From positions 64,001 through 128,000 of IMG/VR virus record IMGVR_UViG_3300020577_005688: a stretch of DNA of 64,000 nucleotides. One strand, 5' to 3'. Below are positions 9,253 to 18,942 of the stretch, piece by piece. The position numbers and the translations under genes were made by a program. The notes beneath the pieces were generated by a model. That model was not told the origin of the DNA. It searched no databases and was given only the letters and a program-made list of their open reading frames with translations. Position 1 is the stretch's first letter; every line of letters starts with the position of its first letter. Source of the DNA: a virus (Duplodnaviria; Caudoviricetes).

Positions 9253-10671
9253 GTGTCCTCAAACATCGAATTTGCACTCATCTCTGCGATCATCGCAAAC
9301 AAGGATTTCCACACTGCAAACAAGCTACAAATCAATGAAGGGTTCTTCGCTTCTCCAGAGACGCGTGAAGTCTATCGCTTTCTGAGGAACACGTACTTCG
9401 ACAGCAGCACGCACGGTCAAGTACCGAGTGCTGAGATGGTGAAGTACCATTTCCCATCTTTCTTCTTCACTCCAACACATGACACGGTAGCCATTCTCGC
9501 GTCACAGCTGAGGCGAGAGAAGGTGCGCACGGAGATCTTGAAGCTGTCACAGGATCTCGGAGTACTTGCTGAGAAGGACCCATTCGAGGCGCTTCAATCC
9601 ATTCGAGCTGAGTCTGCGAAGCTTGCCGCACTGTCTGAAGCAGGAGCGGACCTTCCACTCTCAGGCGCTCACGATGTTCTATTGAATCGATACGAAGCAG
9701 TTCAGACTTCAAACGGTTTGCTGGGTATTCCCTACCCGTGGCAGGCGATGAACGAAGAAACACAGGGAATGCAGCCCAGTCAGTTCATCATTCTGTACGG
9801 TCGACCGAAGTCGATGAAGAGCTGGATTGCAGTTCACGAAGCAGTGCATGCGTACGTTCACTCTCGAAAGCGCGTCCTCTTTTACACGAGAGAGATGAAT
9901 CCGCTCATGGTTGCGCAACGTGTTGCGTGCGCTCTTACGAAGGTGGACTACAAATCGTACAAGAACGGCACGCTACAACCAGAAATCAAGCAGCACGTTT
10001 TCACCATCCTGAAAGAGCTCATCGATGATGAAAAGAGCTTGAACGTGCAAAATGGCCAAGGACCTTGTTTTGTTATTACGACTGACAGGTCAGGAGCCAA
10101 TTCTGGAGGCGGTGGCGGTGTTGGTTGGCTCCAGTCGAAGATTCGAGACCTCAAGCCCGACATCGTCTTTGTAGACGGCATGTACCTGATGATGGACGAC
10201 CGGTCGAGGTCTAGGTCTGTCGACTGGAAGAACATGGCTCACATCTCTCAGGACCTGAAACTCACAGCCCAGGACTTCGATATCCCTGTGGTCGGCGTCA
10301 CTCAAGCAACACGAGCGGCAGACAAGAGCAAGGGAGAGGACCTCACGGAACTGGCATACGCTGACGCGTTCGGTCAAGACGCTGATGCCGTCTTCCGTGT
10401 CTCAAAGAAAGACGTCATCGATGAGAACAATCAGAAGAGAACCGAACTCTATCTGACAGCACCCGGCCTTCGAGAAGGTAAGTTCGATGGAATCATCGTT
10501 CGAGGCGAACCTGCCACGAGCTTTGATTACATCAAGACCATCATCGATATGGAGGCTGAGGATGACGGGAAACATGAGTCTGCATACGGCTCGAAGGGCT
10601 CCAGCAGTCCGTTCAAGAAAGGCGACGTGGGTCCGAAGATTCCACTGAAGACCCTCAAGACAGTTAAATGA
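9253..10671 (+). CDS. dnaB: DnaB-like replicative helicase
   Basis: GIPYPW..MNEETQGM, Walker A variant GRPKSMKS, FYTREM, VFVDGMYLM, LK.TAQDFDIPVVGVTQ, YADAFGQDADAV. Adjacent to the primase. Confidence 0.85.
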   Translation: MSSNIEFALISAIIANKDFHTANKLQINEGFFASPETREVYRFLRNTYFDSSTHGQVPSAEMVKYHFPSFFFTPTHDTVAILASQLRREKVRTEILKLSQDLGVLAEKDPFEALQSIRAESAKLAALSEAGADLPLSGAHDVLLNRYEAVQTSNGLLGIPYPWQAMNEETQGMQPSQFIILYGRPKSMKSWIAVHEAVHAYVHSRKRVLFYTREMNPLMVAQRVACALTKVDYKSYKNGTLQPEIKQHVFTILKELIDDEKSLNVQNGQGPCFVITTDRSGANSGGGGGVGWLQSKIRDLKPDIVFVDGMYLMMDDRSRSRSVDWKNMAHISQDLKLTAQDFDIPVVGVTQATRAADKSKGEDLTELAYADAFGQDADAVFRVSKKDVIDENNQKRTELYLTAPGLREGKFDGIIVRGEPATSFDYIKTIIDMEAEDDGKHESAYGSKGSSSPFKKGDVGPKIPLKTLKTVK

Positions 10672-11756
10672 GAGAGCACATCATTGCTTTGGTGAGCCAG
10701 TACTTGCCTGGCCCCTTCAAGGCAAGTGGCTCGAACATCGTCTGCAAATGTCCGTTCCACAAAGGGGGAAACGAAACCAGTCCCTCCTTTGGCATCAATC
10801 TAGAGAAAGGAGTCTTCAATTGCTTTTCATGCCATGAGTCAGGAGATATCAGAAGGCTCCTCAGACTCATGGGCGCATCGAGAGAGACAATCGATGCCGA
10901 GCTCAAATCCATCCAACCAGAACTGGACAGGGCACGTGAGCTTCACGGAAAAGTCCAAGAGAACTTCTTTCGAGAGAAGGACCCATTCAAGACAGAGTAC
11001 ACTCTGCCCGAGGTCATTCTTGGTGTTTACGATTGGATGCCAACCAAGCTCGCAGAGAAGGGGTTCGACCCAGCACTTCTTCAAGACATGGAGATTGGTT
11101 TCGACAGAATGAACAATCGAATCATGTACCCGATTCGAGATATGTACGGAAACCTTGCTGGGTTCTCAGGTGGAGCAACACTTCCGGAACAGTTCCCGAA
11201 GTACAAGGTGTACCAAGGCGGTTCGAAGAAAGGCTCCCTCTGGTCACCGGCAGATTTTGGAAGTTGGTTCGATGAGCAGCACCCTGGGTATCGGTTCGAG
11301 AATCACCATTTCCTGTGGAATTTCAACAGGGTATTCCCCAGAGCCATCTCGATGTCAGAGGGGGCTGATACGGTGTTCATCGTCGAAGGATTCAAGGCTT
11401 GTCTCTGGATGATTCAAGCTGGCTTCAAGAACACGGTAGCGCTCATGGGGAGTGCTATCTCTGATAGGCAGCAGAGGATGCTGCACCGTCTTGGTGGAGA
11501 CATCGTTCTCTGTCTCGACAACGATGATGCTGGAAGGAAGGCAACCGAACGAATCGGAAATCTCCTCTGGGAGCCAATGTTCGGAAGGGTCTTTGTCATG
11601 CCTTACCCCGAGCAACATCGATTCGAGAAAACTCAGCCTGACGATTACCCGTTTTCTGTGCTACACCAGTTGATGCAGTCCGCTGTTCCGTTCGTACCTA
11701 AACCATCCCCTCGGGGACAAACAAAATACTCTTCGGAGCCAAAACAATGGGAATGA
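10668..11756 (+). CDS. dnaG: DNA primase (CHC2 Zn finger plus TOPRIM)
   Basis: CPFH...CFSC, IVEGFK, LCLDNDDAG. Confidence 0.9.
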   Translation: MREHIIALVSQYLPGPFKASGSNIVCKCPFHKGGNETSPSFGINLEKGVFNCFSCHESGDIRRLLRLMGASRETIDAELKSIQPELDRARELHGKVQENFFREKDPFKTEYTLPEVILGVYDWMPTKLAEKGFDPALLQDMEIGFDRMNNRIMYPIRDMYGNLAGFSGGATLPEQFPKYKVYQGGSKKGSLWSPADFGSWFDEQHPGYRFENHHFLWNFNRVFPRAISMSEGADTVFIVEGFKACLWMIQAGFKNTVALMGSAISDRQQRMLHRLGGDIVLCLDNDDAGRKATERIGNLLWEPMFGRVFVMPYPEQHRFEKTQPDDYPFSVLHQLMQSAVPFVPKPSPRGQTKYSSEPKQWE

Positions 11757-13153
11757 GTGCCTTTCGTCGCAGTGCAATGTCGAACTCGCAGCAAAAGAAG
11801 AGCGGTGGAGGGGGAGGAAACTGGTACGAGGCGTACCGACTTCCGCAGGATGAGGCGACCCCTTTCGTACTCGTGAATGCAGAGTACATCGACCCTAACC
11901 CGTCCGCAGACCGAATCGAAATCGGACCAAACGGGCAACCGCTTCCGGTCAAGAACGCGTTCTACAAGTACCGCGTTCACAACAGGAAAGTCATCATCAA
12001 CGGGAAGGAGCGCTACCTCAGCGAGACGTGCTCGCAAGGTTACGATGCGCACAACCCGAAGCCGTGCGCTGGTTGCACCGCAATGGACTTGGGAGACAAG
12101 TCGGTTGGCATCTCCGACAAGTTCGTCTTCGCACTCGTTCACTTGGTCCCGTATCACCGTCATCCGCAGATGGATTACCAGACGGGGAAGTACAAGACTG
12201 ACAAGGAAGGAAAGCCGTACTTCACCTTCAGTGAGTGCGAAGGACGTACGTGCAACTTCTGCCGTATTCTCTCTGGTCAGCACCCGGTGAAAAGGAAGGA
12301 AGACAAGTACGACTTCCCAGCCTACAACCCCGCAGATGTCTCGACGGAGTTCGGCCACCGAAGGTACATCGAGATTGGAAAGTCCCACCTCTCGAATCTC
12401 GAAGCCTGGGATGTTGCCATCACGAATCAGTGCAGCGCTCACATCACGGACCAAGCTGGAAACGTTCTGGCTCGGTGCGGAAGTCAGCTCACGAGTGAGT
12501 CGTGGAACTGCCCCACGTGCGGCAACGTCGTCATCAACATGGCGAACGACCCGAGAACGGATGAAGAGATTGCTCAAGCGGTCTCGAATCCGTACCCGTG
12601 CTTGAACTGCCAGAAGACCGTGTTCCTGGAAGAAGAGACCAGCTGCGATAGCTGCGCTCAGGCAGGACGAGAGATGTTGCAGCTCGGTCTGTTCGATGTG
12701 GTTCTCTGGGGAAAGAGGCACGGAGAAGGAACGAAGAGCCAGCTCGTGCTCAACAAGTTCCAAACCGTCGATGAATTCCAGAAGACGCTCCCCGCTGGAA
12801 TCTTGGCGCTGTTGCAGGGGAAGACTGTGTTCGACGTCATCAAGGACTTGGGCAAGCCCTACGACTTCGACAAGTTCCTCTCCCCGAGGCCGCTCGACGA
12901 GCAGATGAAGAGGTTGAACCTCAACCTCAACATGTCGGGAACTCAGCAGCAGAGCATCTACGGGGCTCCTCCACAGGCTCAGGGTCCTACTGGATTCATT
13001 CCTCCGTGGCAGGACCAGCCTCAAGGACAGGTTCAGGCACCTCCGCCTCCTCCTGGAGCCTTCGTTGCGTACCCACCTCAGCAGACTCCTCAGCACGCGG
13101 TTCCTGGCCCTCAAGGGTTCCAGGTTCCGATGAAGCCGAACTTCGGTAAGTAA
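11747..13153 (+). CDS. Probable gp32-like single-stranded DNA-binding protein with extra Zn-binding inserts
   Basis: Sits between primase and polymerase. H...C...CAGC core is gp32-like; several further CxxC pairs; strongly biased codons; followed by a terminator. Confidence 0.55.
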   Translation: MGMSAFRRSAMSNSQQKKSGGGGGNWYEAYRLPQDEATPFVLVNAEYIDPNPSADRIEIGPNGQPLPVKNAFYKYRVHNRKVIINGKERYLSETCSQGYDAHNPKPCAGCTAMDLGDKSVGISDKFVFALVHLVPYHRHPQMDYQTGKYKTDKEGKPYFTFSECEGRTCNFCRILSGQHPVKRKEDKYDFPAYNPADVSTEFGHRRYIEIGKSHLSNLEAWDVAITNQCSAHITDQAGNVLARCGSQLTSESWNCPTCGNVVINMANDPRTDEEIAQAVSNPYPCLNCQKTVFLEEETSCDSCAQAGREMLQLGLFDVVLWGKRHGEGTKSQLVLNKFQTVDEFQKTLPAGILALLQGKTVFDVIKDLGKPYDFDKFLSPRPLDEQMKRLNLNLNMSGTQQQSIYGAPPQAQGPTGFIPPWQDQPQGQVQAPPPPPGAFVAYPPQQTPQHAVPGPQGFQVPMKPNFGK

Positions 13154-13164
13154 GAAGTCCAATC

Positions 13165-13198
13165 GAGAGGCCCCTGTCGAAAGATGGGGGCCTCTTTT
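13165..13198 (+). terminator. Intrinsic terminator-like hairpin abutting the polA SD
   Basis: AGAGGCCCC-TGTC-GAAA-GATG-GGGGCCTCT-TTT, then GGAGAA-ATG. Confidence 0.6.
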
Positions 13199-13204
13199 GG
13201 AGAA

Positions 13205-15196
13205 ATGATGAAAGCCTTCGATATCTCCATCCCAAAAGCGGTCTGGGTAGATACTGATGCAGAGGCCGAAAAGTGGTTGGAGTATTTCGTCGAGAGCTCA
13301 AAGACAAACAACCTCGGACTCGACTCTGAGACCACCGGTGTCGAGATTCACAAAGACACCGTCGTTGTTTGGTCTCTCTCAGACGGCAAGGAGCGCATCT
13401 GTCTCCCAGCACGGTACCTTCAGATGTACAGGTATCGTCTTCTTGAGAATCCAAGTGTGACGTTCGACTTGTCGAACTGCAAGTTCGACGCTCACATGTT
13501 CGCCAACTCAGGTGTTGAAATCTACAAGTGCAAAGCATGGCGAGATACGAACGTCATGTCTTGGCTCTTGAATGAGAACAACATCGGCAGACATGGATTG
13601 AAAGAGTGTATCGAAGACCACTTCGGTCGGAAGACACCAACGTTCACAGAGGTATTCGGGAAGACGAAGAAGGCAACGAAGAAGGACCCAGTCGAGTTGA
13701 AGACTGGAGACTTGATTCGAAATGCCTTCAATGATCCTGTTCGGCGTGAAGTTGCGTGCGACTACGCAAGCCTTGACGCGTACAATTCGACCACCCTTCG
13801 AGCGCACTTCGATGTGCTCCTTCAGAAGGCTGGGCTGTACAACCTCTACTACGACGTTGAAGTCCCGTTCCACAAAGTTCTGTGGCTGATGGAGCGTCGA
13901 GGGGTTACGGCAGACTACGGATTCTTGAAGCAGCTCCAAGGTCCGATGGAAGAAGAGATGTTGAAGATTGAGCAAGCCTTTAGCAAAGAGGCTGGGCGTG
14001 TCATCAATCTCAACTCCGTGAATGACGTCCGTTGGTTCTTCATCGACCACCTGCAGAAGAACGTCGTCAAAATGACGAAGGGTGGGAAGACTGGAATCAA
14101 GAAAGCGTCTACGGATGAAGAAGTCCTGAAGCACTGGGCCGAAGAGGAAGGAGATGAGTGGGCTCAGGTTCTAATGACCCATCGTGGGATTTCGAAAATC
14201 CACGGAACGTACGTCACGGGTCTGCAGGAATGGATTGACGGACACTTTCGAATCCACACGACCCTCAATCAGCACGGAACGGTGTCTGGTCGTCTTTCCT
14301 CGAAGGACCCGAACCTCCAGAATATTCCTCGAACGAGTGAAGACGCATTCACGATTCGAGAGGCATTCATTGCAGGATTCAAGAAGCGGCTTGTCGTAGC
14401 TGACTACGCCCAACTTGAAATGAGGTTGATGGCTCACTTCTCTCGTGACGAGAAGATGATCAAAGCCATCTGGGACGGTATTGACCTTCACTGTCTTACG
14501 GTCTCAGAGATGCATGGGATTCCGTACGAAGAGGTCATCGCTGCAGTCAAAGCAGAGAAGAAGCACAAGAGAGGCGTTCTTGGAAGAGACCTCACTCCGC
14601 GAGAGATTGAGCTCCTCTTCATGCGTCAATCTGCGAAGGCAACAGGCTTCGGCATCATCTACGGAATCGCAGGGAAGCGTCTCTCTGTCAGTCTGACACA
14701 GGCGGCAAAAGCAGCGCACATCGATAAGATTGTCACTGAAGAAGAGGGCTACGCACTCATCGATAAGTGGTTCGGCGTTTTCCCTCGGGTCAAGGAGTAC
14801 ATCGACGAGACTCACGACTACATGCTCAAGCATGGATTCGTTCAGACCATCACTGGTCGGTACCGTCGATTTGGTGACGTGAAGGGCATGTCGTTCAAGG
14901 ACAGGAACCGTGCGGAACGCCAAGGAGTGAACTCAATCATTCAGGGAAGTGCGGCTGACATCGCAAAGGTTGTCATGATTCATGCCGAGAATGATGAAGT
15001 ACTTCGTAACCTGAACGCAGACCTTCTCCTGCAGGTTCACGACGAACTCATCTGGGAATGCCCAGACGATGAAGCAACTCTGGAAGCAGTGAAGACACGT
15101 GTGAAGGAGTTGATGGAATCCCCTTTCCAGGAAGCACTCCTCGTGCCGCTTCCTGCTGAAGTTGGACATGGGTACTCATGGGCAACCGCAAAGTAA
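13205..15196 (+). CDS. polA: DNA polymerase family A with 3'-5' exonuclease
   Basis: ExoI LDSETTG, TVSGRLSSKDPNLQNIP, motif A DYAQLEMR, motif B RQSAKATGFGIIYG, motif C VHDE. Start moved to ATG 13205 after the GGAG SD. Confidence 0.95.
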   Translation: MMKAFDISIPKAVWVDTDAEAEKWLEYFVESSKTNNLGLDSETTGVEIHKDTVVVWSLSDGKERICLPARYLQMYRYRLLENPSVTFDLSNCKFDAHMFANSGVEIYKCKAWRDTNVMSWLLNENNIGRHGLKECIEDHFGRKTPTFTEVFGKTKKATKKDPVELKTGDLIRNAFNDPVRREVACDYASLDAYNSTTLRAHFDVLLQKAGLYNLYYDVEVPFHKVLWLMERRGVTADYGFLKQLQGPMEEEMLKIEQAFSKEAGRVINLNSVNDVRWFFIDHLQKNVVKMTKGGKTGIKKASTDEEVLKHWAEEEGDEWAQVLMTHRGISKIHGTYVTGLQEWIDGHFRIHTTLNQHGTVSGRLSSKDPNLQNIPRTSEDAFTIREAFIAGFKKRLVVADYAQLEMRLMAHFSRDEKMIKAIWDGIDLHCLTVSEMHGIPYEEVIAAVKAEKKHKRGVLGRDLTPREIELLFMRQSAKATGFGIIYGIAGKRLSVSLTQAAKAAHIDKIVTEEEGYALIDKWFGVFPRVKEYIDETHDYMLKHGFVQTITGRYRRFGDVKGMSFKDRNRAERQGVNSIIQGSAADIAKVVMIHAENDEVLRNLNADLLLQVHDELIWECPDDEATLEAVKTRVKELMESPFQEALLVPLPAEVGHGYSWATAK

Positions 15197-15201
15197 AAGA
15201 G

Positions 15202-15507
15202 ATGAGCGTCTACCAAGCTGAAGAAAACTGGCCGGTTGTTACGTACTTCAAAGAAGAGATGCTTCGAAAGCTCATCAAGAACAACCACAAGGGAGGATGG
15301 GAAGATGACAGCATGCATGCGCTCATCTCCCGTCTCAAGGACGAGCTTGGAGAGCTTGAGAGCGCTCTTGAGGCTTTCGAGAACCTTCCCATCAATCTGA
15401 AAGAGCAAGAGAGCATCAAGACGGTCTTCAAAGATGCAATCAGAGCGGAGGCGGCTGACGTCGGCAATTTCGCCATGATGATTTTCGACAATACGAAGAA
15501 TCTCTAG
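15202..15507 (+). CDS. MazG-like all-alpha NTP pyrophosphohydrolase
   Basis: RLKDELGEL...EAADVGNFAMMI (ExxE...ExxD). Confidence 0.55.
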   Translation: MSVYQAEENWPVVTYFKEEMLRKLIKNNHKGGWEDDSMHALISRLKDELGELESALEAFENLPINLKEQESIKTVFKDAIRAEAADVGNFAMMIFDNTKNL

Positions 15508-15731
15508 TGCGTTTCCTCAGTGACAACCAACGCCATCTGGTGTGCTATCCATACTCTGTGGAGGGCCTCCACCAGATGGCGAAAGAACTGAATATTGGTC
15601 GATGGTGGTTCCATGCGGGACGACTTGCGCACTACGACATTCCAAAGAAACGAATCGCTGAGATTGCCTCAAAAACGGAAGTCGTCAGTCCAAGGACAAT
15701 CTTGAAGGTCATCAAAGGAGAGGCTCCGTGA
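15507..15731 (+). CDS. DUF4031-like small protein
   Basis: HLV...LHQMAKELNI.RWWFH...HYDI.K.R pattern. Confidence 0.55.
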   Translation: MRFLSDNQRHLVCYPYSVEGLHQMAKELNIGRWWFHAGRLAHYDIPKKRIAEIASKTEVVSPRTILKVIKGEAP

Positions 15732-16036
15732 CCAGAGTCGAGCTTATTGAGAGGGTCTCAATCTCACTGAAGCTCAACGCCGATGTGGTTGGGCGAACTG
15801 TCACCGAGCTTCTCAATGAAATGACCGAAGCATTCAAGCGAGGAGAAGAGGTAAAGTTCGCAGGATACGGAACGTTCAGGGTCAAGACTCTCAAGCCTCG
15901 ATCCTACAAGTTCAAGAAGGAAGCACCGGAGAGAACGATTGTTCGACTGTATGTGGGAAGGAAGTCCAAATGGAAAAGTACGCAGTTGTCCAAGAAGAGC
16001 AACAAAAGCCCGGAGAGAAAGTCGCCTCCCGAGTGA
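15728..16036 (+). CDS. HU/IHF-like DNA-binding protein
   Basis: MTRVELIERVS...AFKRGEEVKFAGYGTFRV matches the HU core. Confidence 0.75.
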   Translation: MTRVELIERVSISLKLNADVVGRTVTELLNEMTEAFKRGEEVKFAGYGTFRVKTLKPRSYKFKKEAPERTIVRLYVGRKSKWKSTQLSKKSNKSPERKSPPE

Positions 16037-16137
16037 CCCACTGCCCACGTTGTAAGGAGGAGCTTGTAGAGAACAACCAGTTCCTTCTGTGGTGTCCGAA
16101 CTGCGGAACCGAGCCCTTCGAAAAGAAGAACAAGTAA
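15970..16137 (+). CDS. 55-aa Zn-ribbon protein (absent from the ORF track)
   Basis: MEKYAVVQEEQQKPGEKVASRVTHCPRCKEELVENNQFLLWCPNCGTEPFEKKNK; GGAAGG upstream; fills the gap before recA. Confidence 0.65.
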   Translation: MEKYAVVQEEQQKPGEKVASRVTHCPRCKEELVENNQFLLWCPNCGTEPFEKKNK

Positions 16138-16156
16138 CCACAACTCGTGAGGCAAA

Positions 16157-17449
16157 ATGGCAGCTAAGAAAAGCTCTGAGGATAAGTCTGTCAAAAAGCA
16201 GAAGGAATCACTGCCACGTGATGAACGAGCAGCCCTTCTGATGGAGATGGTCAACAAGAAGATGAGAGGACGAGCAGTCCTCATGTCAGCGTCAGACTAC
16301 GTTCTGCCGTGGCAGAGGAAGAGAATTCCAACGGGGATTCTGACCCTTGACCTCGAACTGCGTGGAGGCTTCCCGTGTGGAGGCCTGAGTCAGATTGTCG
16401 GACGCAGGAACGCTGGAAAGAGCATGATGGCCTGGCACTGCATCCGCCAGCTTCAGCACTTCATTGGCGACAAGATGATGGTGCTGTTGGCAATGACGGA
16501 AGGAACCGCCGACAGAACTCAGGCTCGGAGACTCGGAGTTCGAATCGACCTCTCAAAGGAAGAGATCGACCATCTCCAACAGAACAGGAAGATTGCGGGC
16601 CTTCCTCCGCTCAAGAAAGAAGAGCTCAACACGTTGTTCCCACCACAAGTGGGAACGATTCACGAGCTCCATGCACTGGCTGTTGAGGACTTCTACGACG
16701 TCATCCTCGAAGCGCTCGCCTCCAATACGTACCACCTCATCGTCATCGACAGCATCGGCAATGCTCTGTCGAATGCTGAGACAGAGAACGAATCTGTCCA
16801 CGACAAGACGTACGGAGGAACCTCTGCCCCCAACACTACCTTCTTGAAGAAGATGACGAATCTTCTGACCATGAAGACTGAATGGGGAGAGGTACGGGAT
16901 ACTGCTCTGATTGGAATCAATCAGGTTCGAGACAACATCAAAGACCCAAATGCTCCATACAAGTCTCCTGGAGGGAACGCGTTGGAGCACGCGAAGCTGG
17001 TAGACCTCTACGTAGAGAGTGGGAAGGCGCTTGGAGACGAAGTTCCTGTTTACACGCCTGAAGGTTGGAAGCAGCGCTTTGTCATGACCGGCAAAGAGGT
17101 CAACTGGAAGATTGTCAAAGGCAAAGCGGGCATGCACGAAGGGGGACGAGGTTCTTTCGTCTTCGACCGCTCAACTGACAACGTTGACTTCTACCTCGAC
17201 TACCTCATGGCAGGAATCACTCATGGTGTGATTGAGACTGCTGGTGCTTGGCTCGGTGTCCGAGACCCGGAGAATCCAGCAGAGTACATCGGTCGTGCGA
17301 ACGGACGAGACGCCTTCATCGAACTCATGAAGAAGGATGCCATCGAGAAAGCACAGGCAGGAGACTCCGCGAGCATCCTCAACCACATCCGAGACCAGTG
17401 CTTCAAGAAGCTTGGAATCGATATCAGGTACGAGGACTTGATTTCATGA
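16157..17449 (+). CDS. recA: RecA/UvsX-like recombinase
   Basis: IPTGILTLDLELRGGFP, Walker A GRRNAGKS, VIDSI, INQVRD, SPGGNALEHA. Confidence 0.9.
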   Translation: MAAKKSSEDKSVKKQKESLPRDERAALLMEMVNKKMRGRAVLMSASDYVLPWQRKRIPTGILTLDLELRGGFPCGGLSQIVGRRNAGKSMMAWHCIRQLQHFIGDKMMVLLAMTEGTADRTQARRLGVRIDLSKEEIDHLQQNRKIAGLPPLKKEELNTLFPPQVGTIHELHALAVEDFYDVILEALASNTYHLIVIDSIGNALSNAETENESVHDKTYGGTSAPNTTFLKKMTNLLTMKTEWGEVRDTALIGINQVRDNIKDPNAPYKSPGGNALEHAKLVDLYVESGKALGDEVPVYTPEGWKQRFVMTGKEVNWKIVKGKAGMHEGGRGSFVFDRSTDNVDFYLDYLMAGITHGVIETAGAWLGVRDPENPAEYIGRANGRDAFIELMKKDAIEKAQAGDSASILNHIRDQCFKKLGIDIRYEDLIS

Positions 17450-17844
17450 GATCGACAAACTTCAAGTCTGCCATCGTCATCACTCCACCTCCAAAAGGGA
17501 GTACCATGACGGCTCTGGCGCACAGTGAGTGGTTGCTCCGTCCATTCATGCTTGGAGCGGGGCTCGCAAAAATCAGTCAGAAGAAAATCAAGATGCTCCT
17601 TCAGCACGACTTGAAGCGAGACGTTTTCGCTATCTCCGTCTCCTTCGGGAAAGAAGAGACAGTCGTCTATCACAAGAATCCCAAGAAGGTCTTTGCTGCT
17701 GCGAGTTCTTGGATTGCCCAACAAACAGCGGCAGAGATTGGAGCGGTGAGAGATGAACCGAAACAAACGAAAGAGCGTCCTTCAGGAGAGACGGGCAGCA
17801 GAGGACATCGGAGGAAGAATTCAACCAGGGTCAGGAGCACCTGA
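17446..17844 (+). CDS. Hypothetical protein
   Basis: ATG at 17446 overlaps the recA TGA; an alternative start at MTALAH has GGGAG upstream. Confidence 0.5.
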   Translation: MRSTNFKSAIVITPPPKGSTMTALAHSEWLLRPFMLGAGLAKISQKKIKMLLQHDLKRDVFAISVSFGKEETVVYHKNPKKVFAAASSWIAQQTAAEIGAVRDEPKQTKERPSGETGSRGHRRKNSTRVRST

Positions 17845-18082
17845 GTTCTACAAGGGGGATGTTCGAAAAGCTGGAGAACTTCGAGTAGAGTGCAAGACGA
17901 CTTCATCAAAGTCATACACTCTCAAGCTCTCTGACTTGGAGAAGATTAAGGCTGAATCCATCATGGGGAACGACGCGGGGTGGGCGTTCCAGATTGAGTT
18001 TCAAGGACCTGTTTCTGGAAGACGGTTCGCCGTCATCGATTGGCAGGAGTACCTCGATTTGAAGAAAGGAAGTAGTCAGTGA
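17753..18082 (+). CDS. PD-(D/E)xK nuclease, Holliday-junction-resolvase-like
   Basis: QERRAA...GRIQPGSGA...KGDV...VECKTT. Confidence 0.75.
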   Translation: MNRNKRKSVLQERRAAEDIGGRIQPGSGAPEFYKGDVRKAGELRVECKTTSSKSYTLKLSDLEKIKAESIMGNDAGWAFQIEFQGPVSGRRFAVIDWQEYLDLKKGSSQ

Positions 18083-18939
18083 CAAAGCCAATCGTCCAGG
18101 CGCATACGATCGATCAGTGGATGGAGATTGACCCGGAGATTCGAGGTCTCATTCTCAAACAAATCAAACTGAAAGACCGTCTCTTCAAGTTCCTAAAGGA
18201 TAGGAACGACTCGAAGGGACCAACTCAAAAACTGGGCGATTGGAACCCGTGTGCGAAGTGTGAGACGAAGGGTTGGGTTCCTGCAGAGCCAAGGCTTCCG
18301 GGAATCCACCCTTCTCAGCTCCCACATCCGTGCATGCTGAAGATCTACTTCGAACTCATCGGAGCTCCGTCATCCGGTTCGTTCGAAGCGAGACTCCAAC
18401 TGATCTTCGACCTCGGTCACGCCGTTCACGACATGTTCCAGTCGTACGGAAAGTCCGGTGCATGGGGTCCTATCTATACCCCCGAAGCGACCATCTCTCA
18501 GACTCTTCAAGAGAAGAGTGAGCAATTGATGATCGAGGGTCATGCAGACGCAGAGAACGTGCTCACCGTCGACATTCCAGGTTCCTCTGTTCTGTATGAA
18601 GTCGGTGTCATCCACGAATACAAGACGATGAACAATCGCAACTTCGAGAAGCTGACTCAACCAAAGCCTGAGCACAAAGTACAGGCAATGGTCTACGCAG
18701 CATGCTTGAACCGACCCGTGGTTGCGTACTTGTACTTCAACAAGGACAACCAGAACCTTGCTGACTTCCCAGTTCAGTTCAACACAGACCTGTGGATTCA
18801 GATCGAGGCAAAGGCGTTGATCATTTTGGACGCATTCAAGAAGAAGGAACCGCCTCCTGGAAGCACTGGGTTCCACTGTCAGCAGTGTCAGTTCGTTCTG
18901 ACCTGTCCTGCATACAAGCAATCTCTGAAGAAGGGGTGA
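18079..18939 (+). CDS. Cas4/RecB-like PD-(D/E)xK exonuclease with Fe-S cysteines
   Basis: HPSQL..PC, GHAVH, GHAD, EYKT, QxxxY, CQQCQF..TC. Confidence 0.8.
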   Translation: MTKPIVQAHTIDQWMEIDPEIRGLILKQIKLKDRLFKFLKDRNDSKGPTQKLGDWNPCAKCETKGWVPAEPRLPGIHPSQLPHPCMLKIYFELIGAPSSGSFEARLQLIFDLGHAVHDMFQSYGKSGAWGPIYTPEATISQTLQEKSEQLMIEGHADAENVLTVDIPGSSVLYEVGVIHEYKTMNNRNFEKLTQPKPEHKVQAMVYAACLNRPVVAYLYFNKDNQNLADFPVQFNTDLWIQIEAKALIILDAFKKKEPPPGSTGFHCQQCQFVLTCPAYKQSLKKG

Positions 18940-18942
18940 AGA

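Noticed and set aside
11645-13162. 505-aa minus-strand ORF
   Set aside because: Antisense shadow of the codon-biased SSB-like gene; Leu/Arg/Val-rich with no motifs.
13184-13204. ORF-track starts for polA (13184), nrdJ (59734) and ORFs at 37498, 17248, 62132 and 62406
   Set aside because: These upstream starts lie inside hairpins or other genes; downstream ATGs with an SD or stop/start coupling were preferred.
18079-18939. Cas4-like gene as evidence of CRISPR-Cas
   Set aside because: No repeat-spacer array or other cas genes seen; solo Cas4-like nucleases are common in phage recombination modules.
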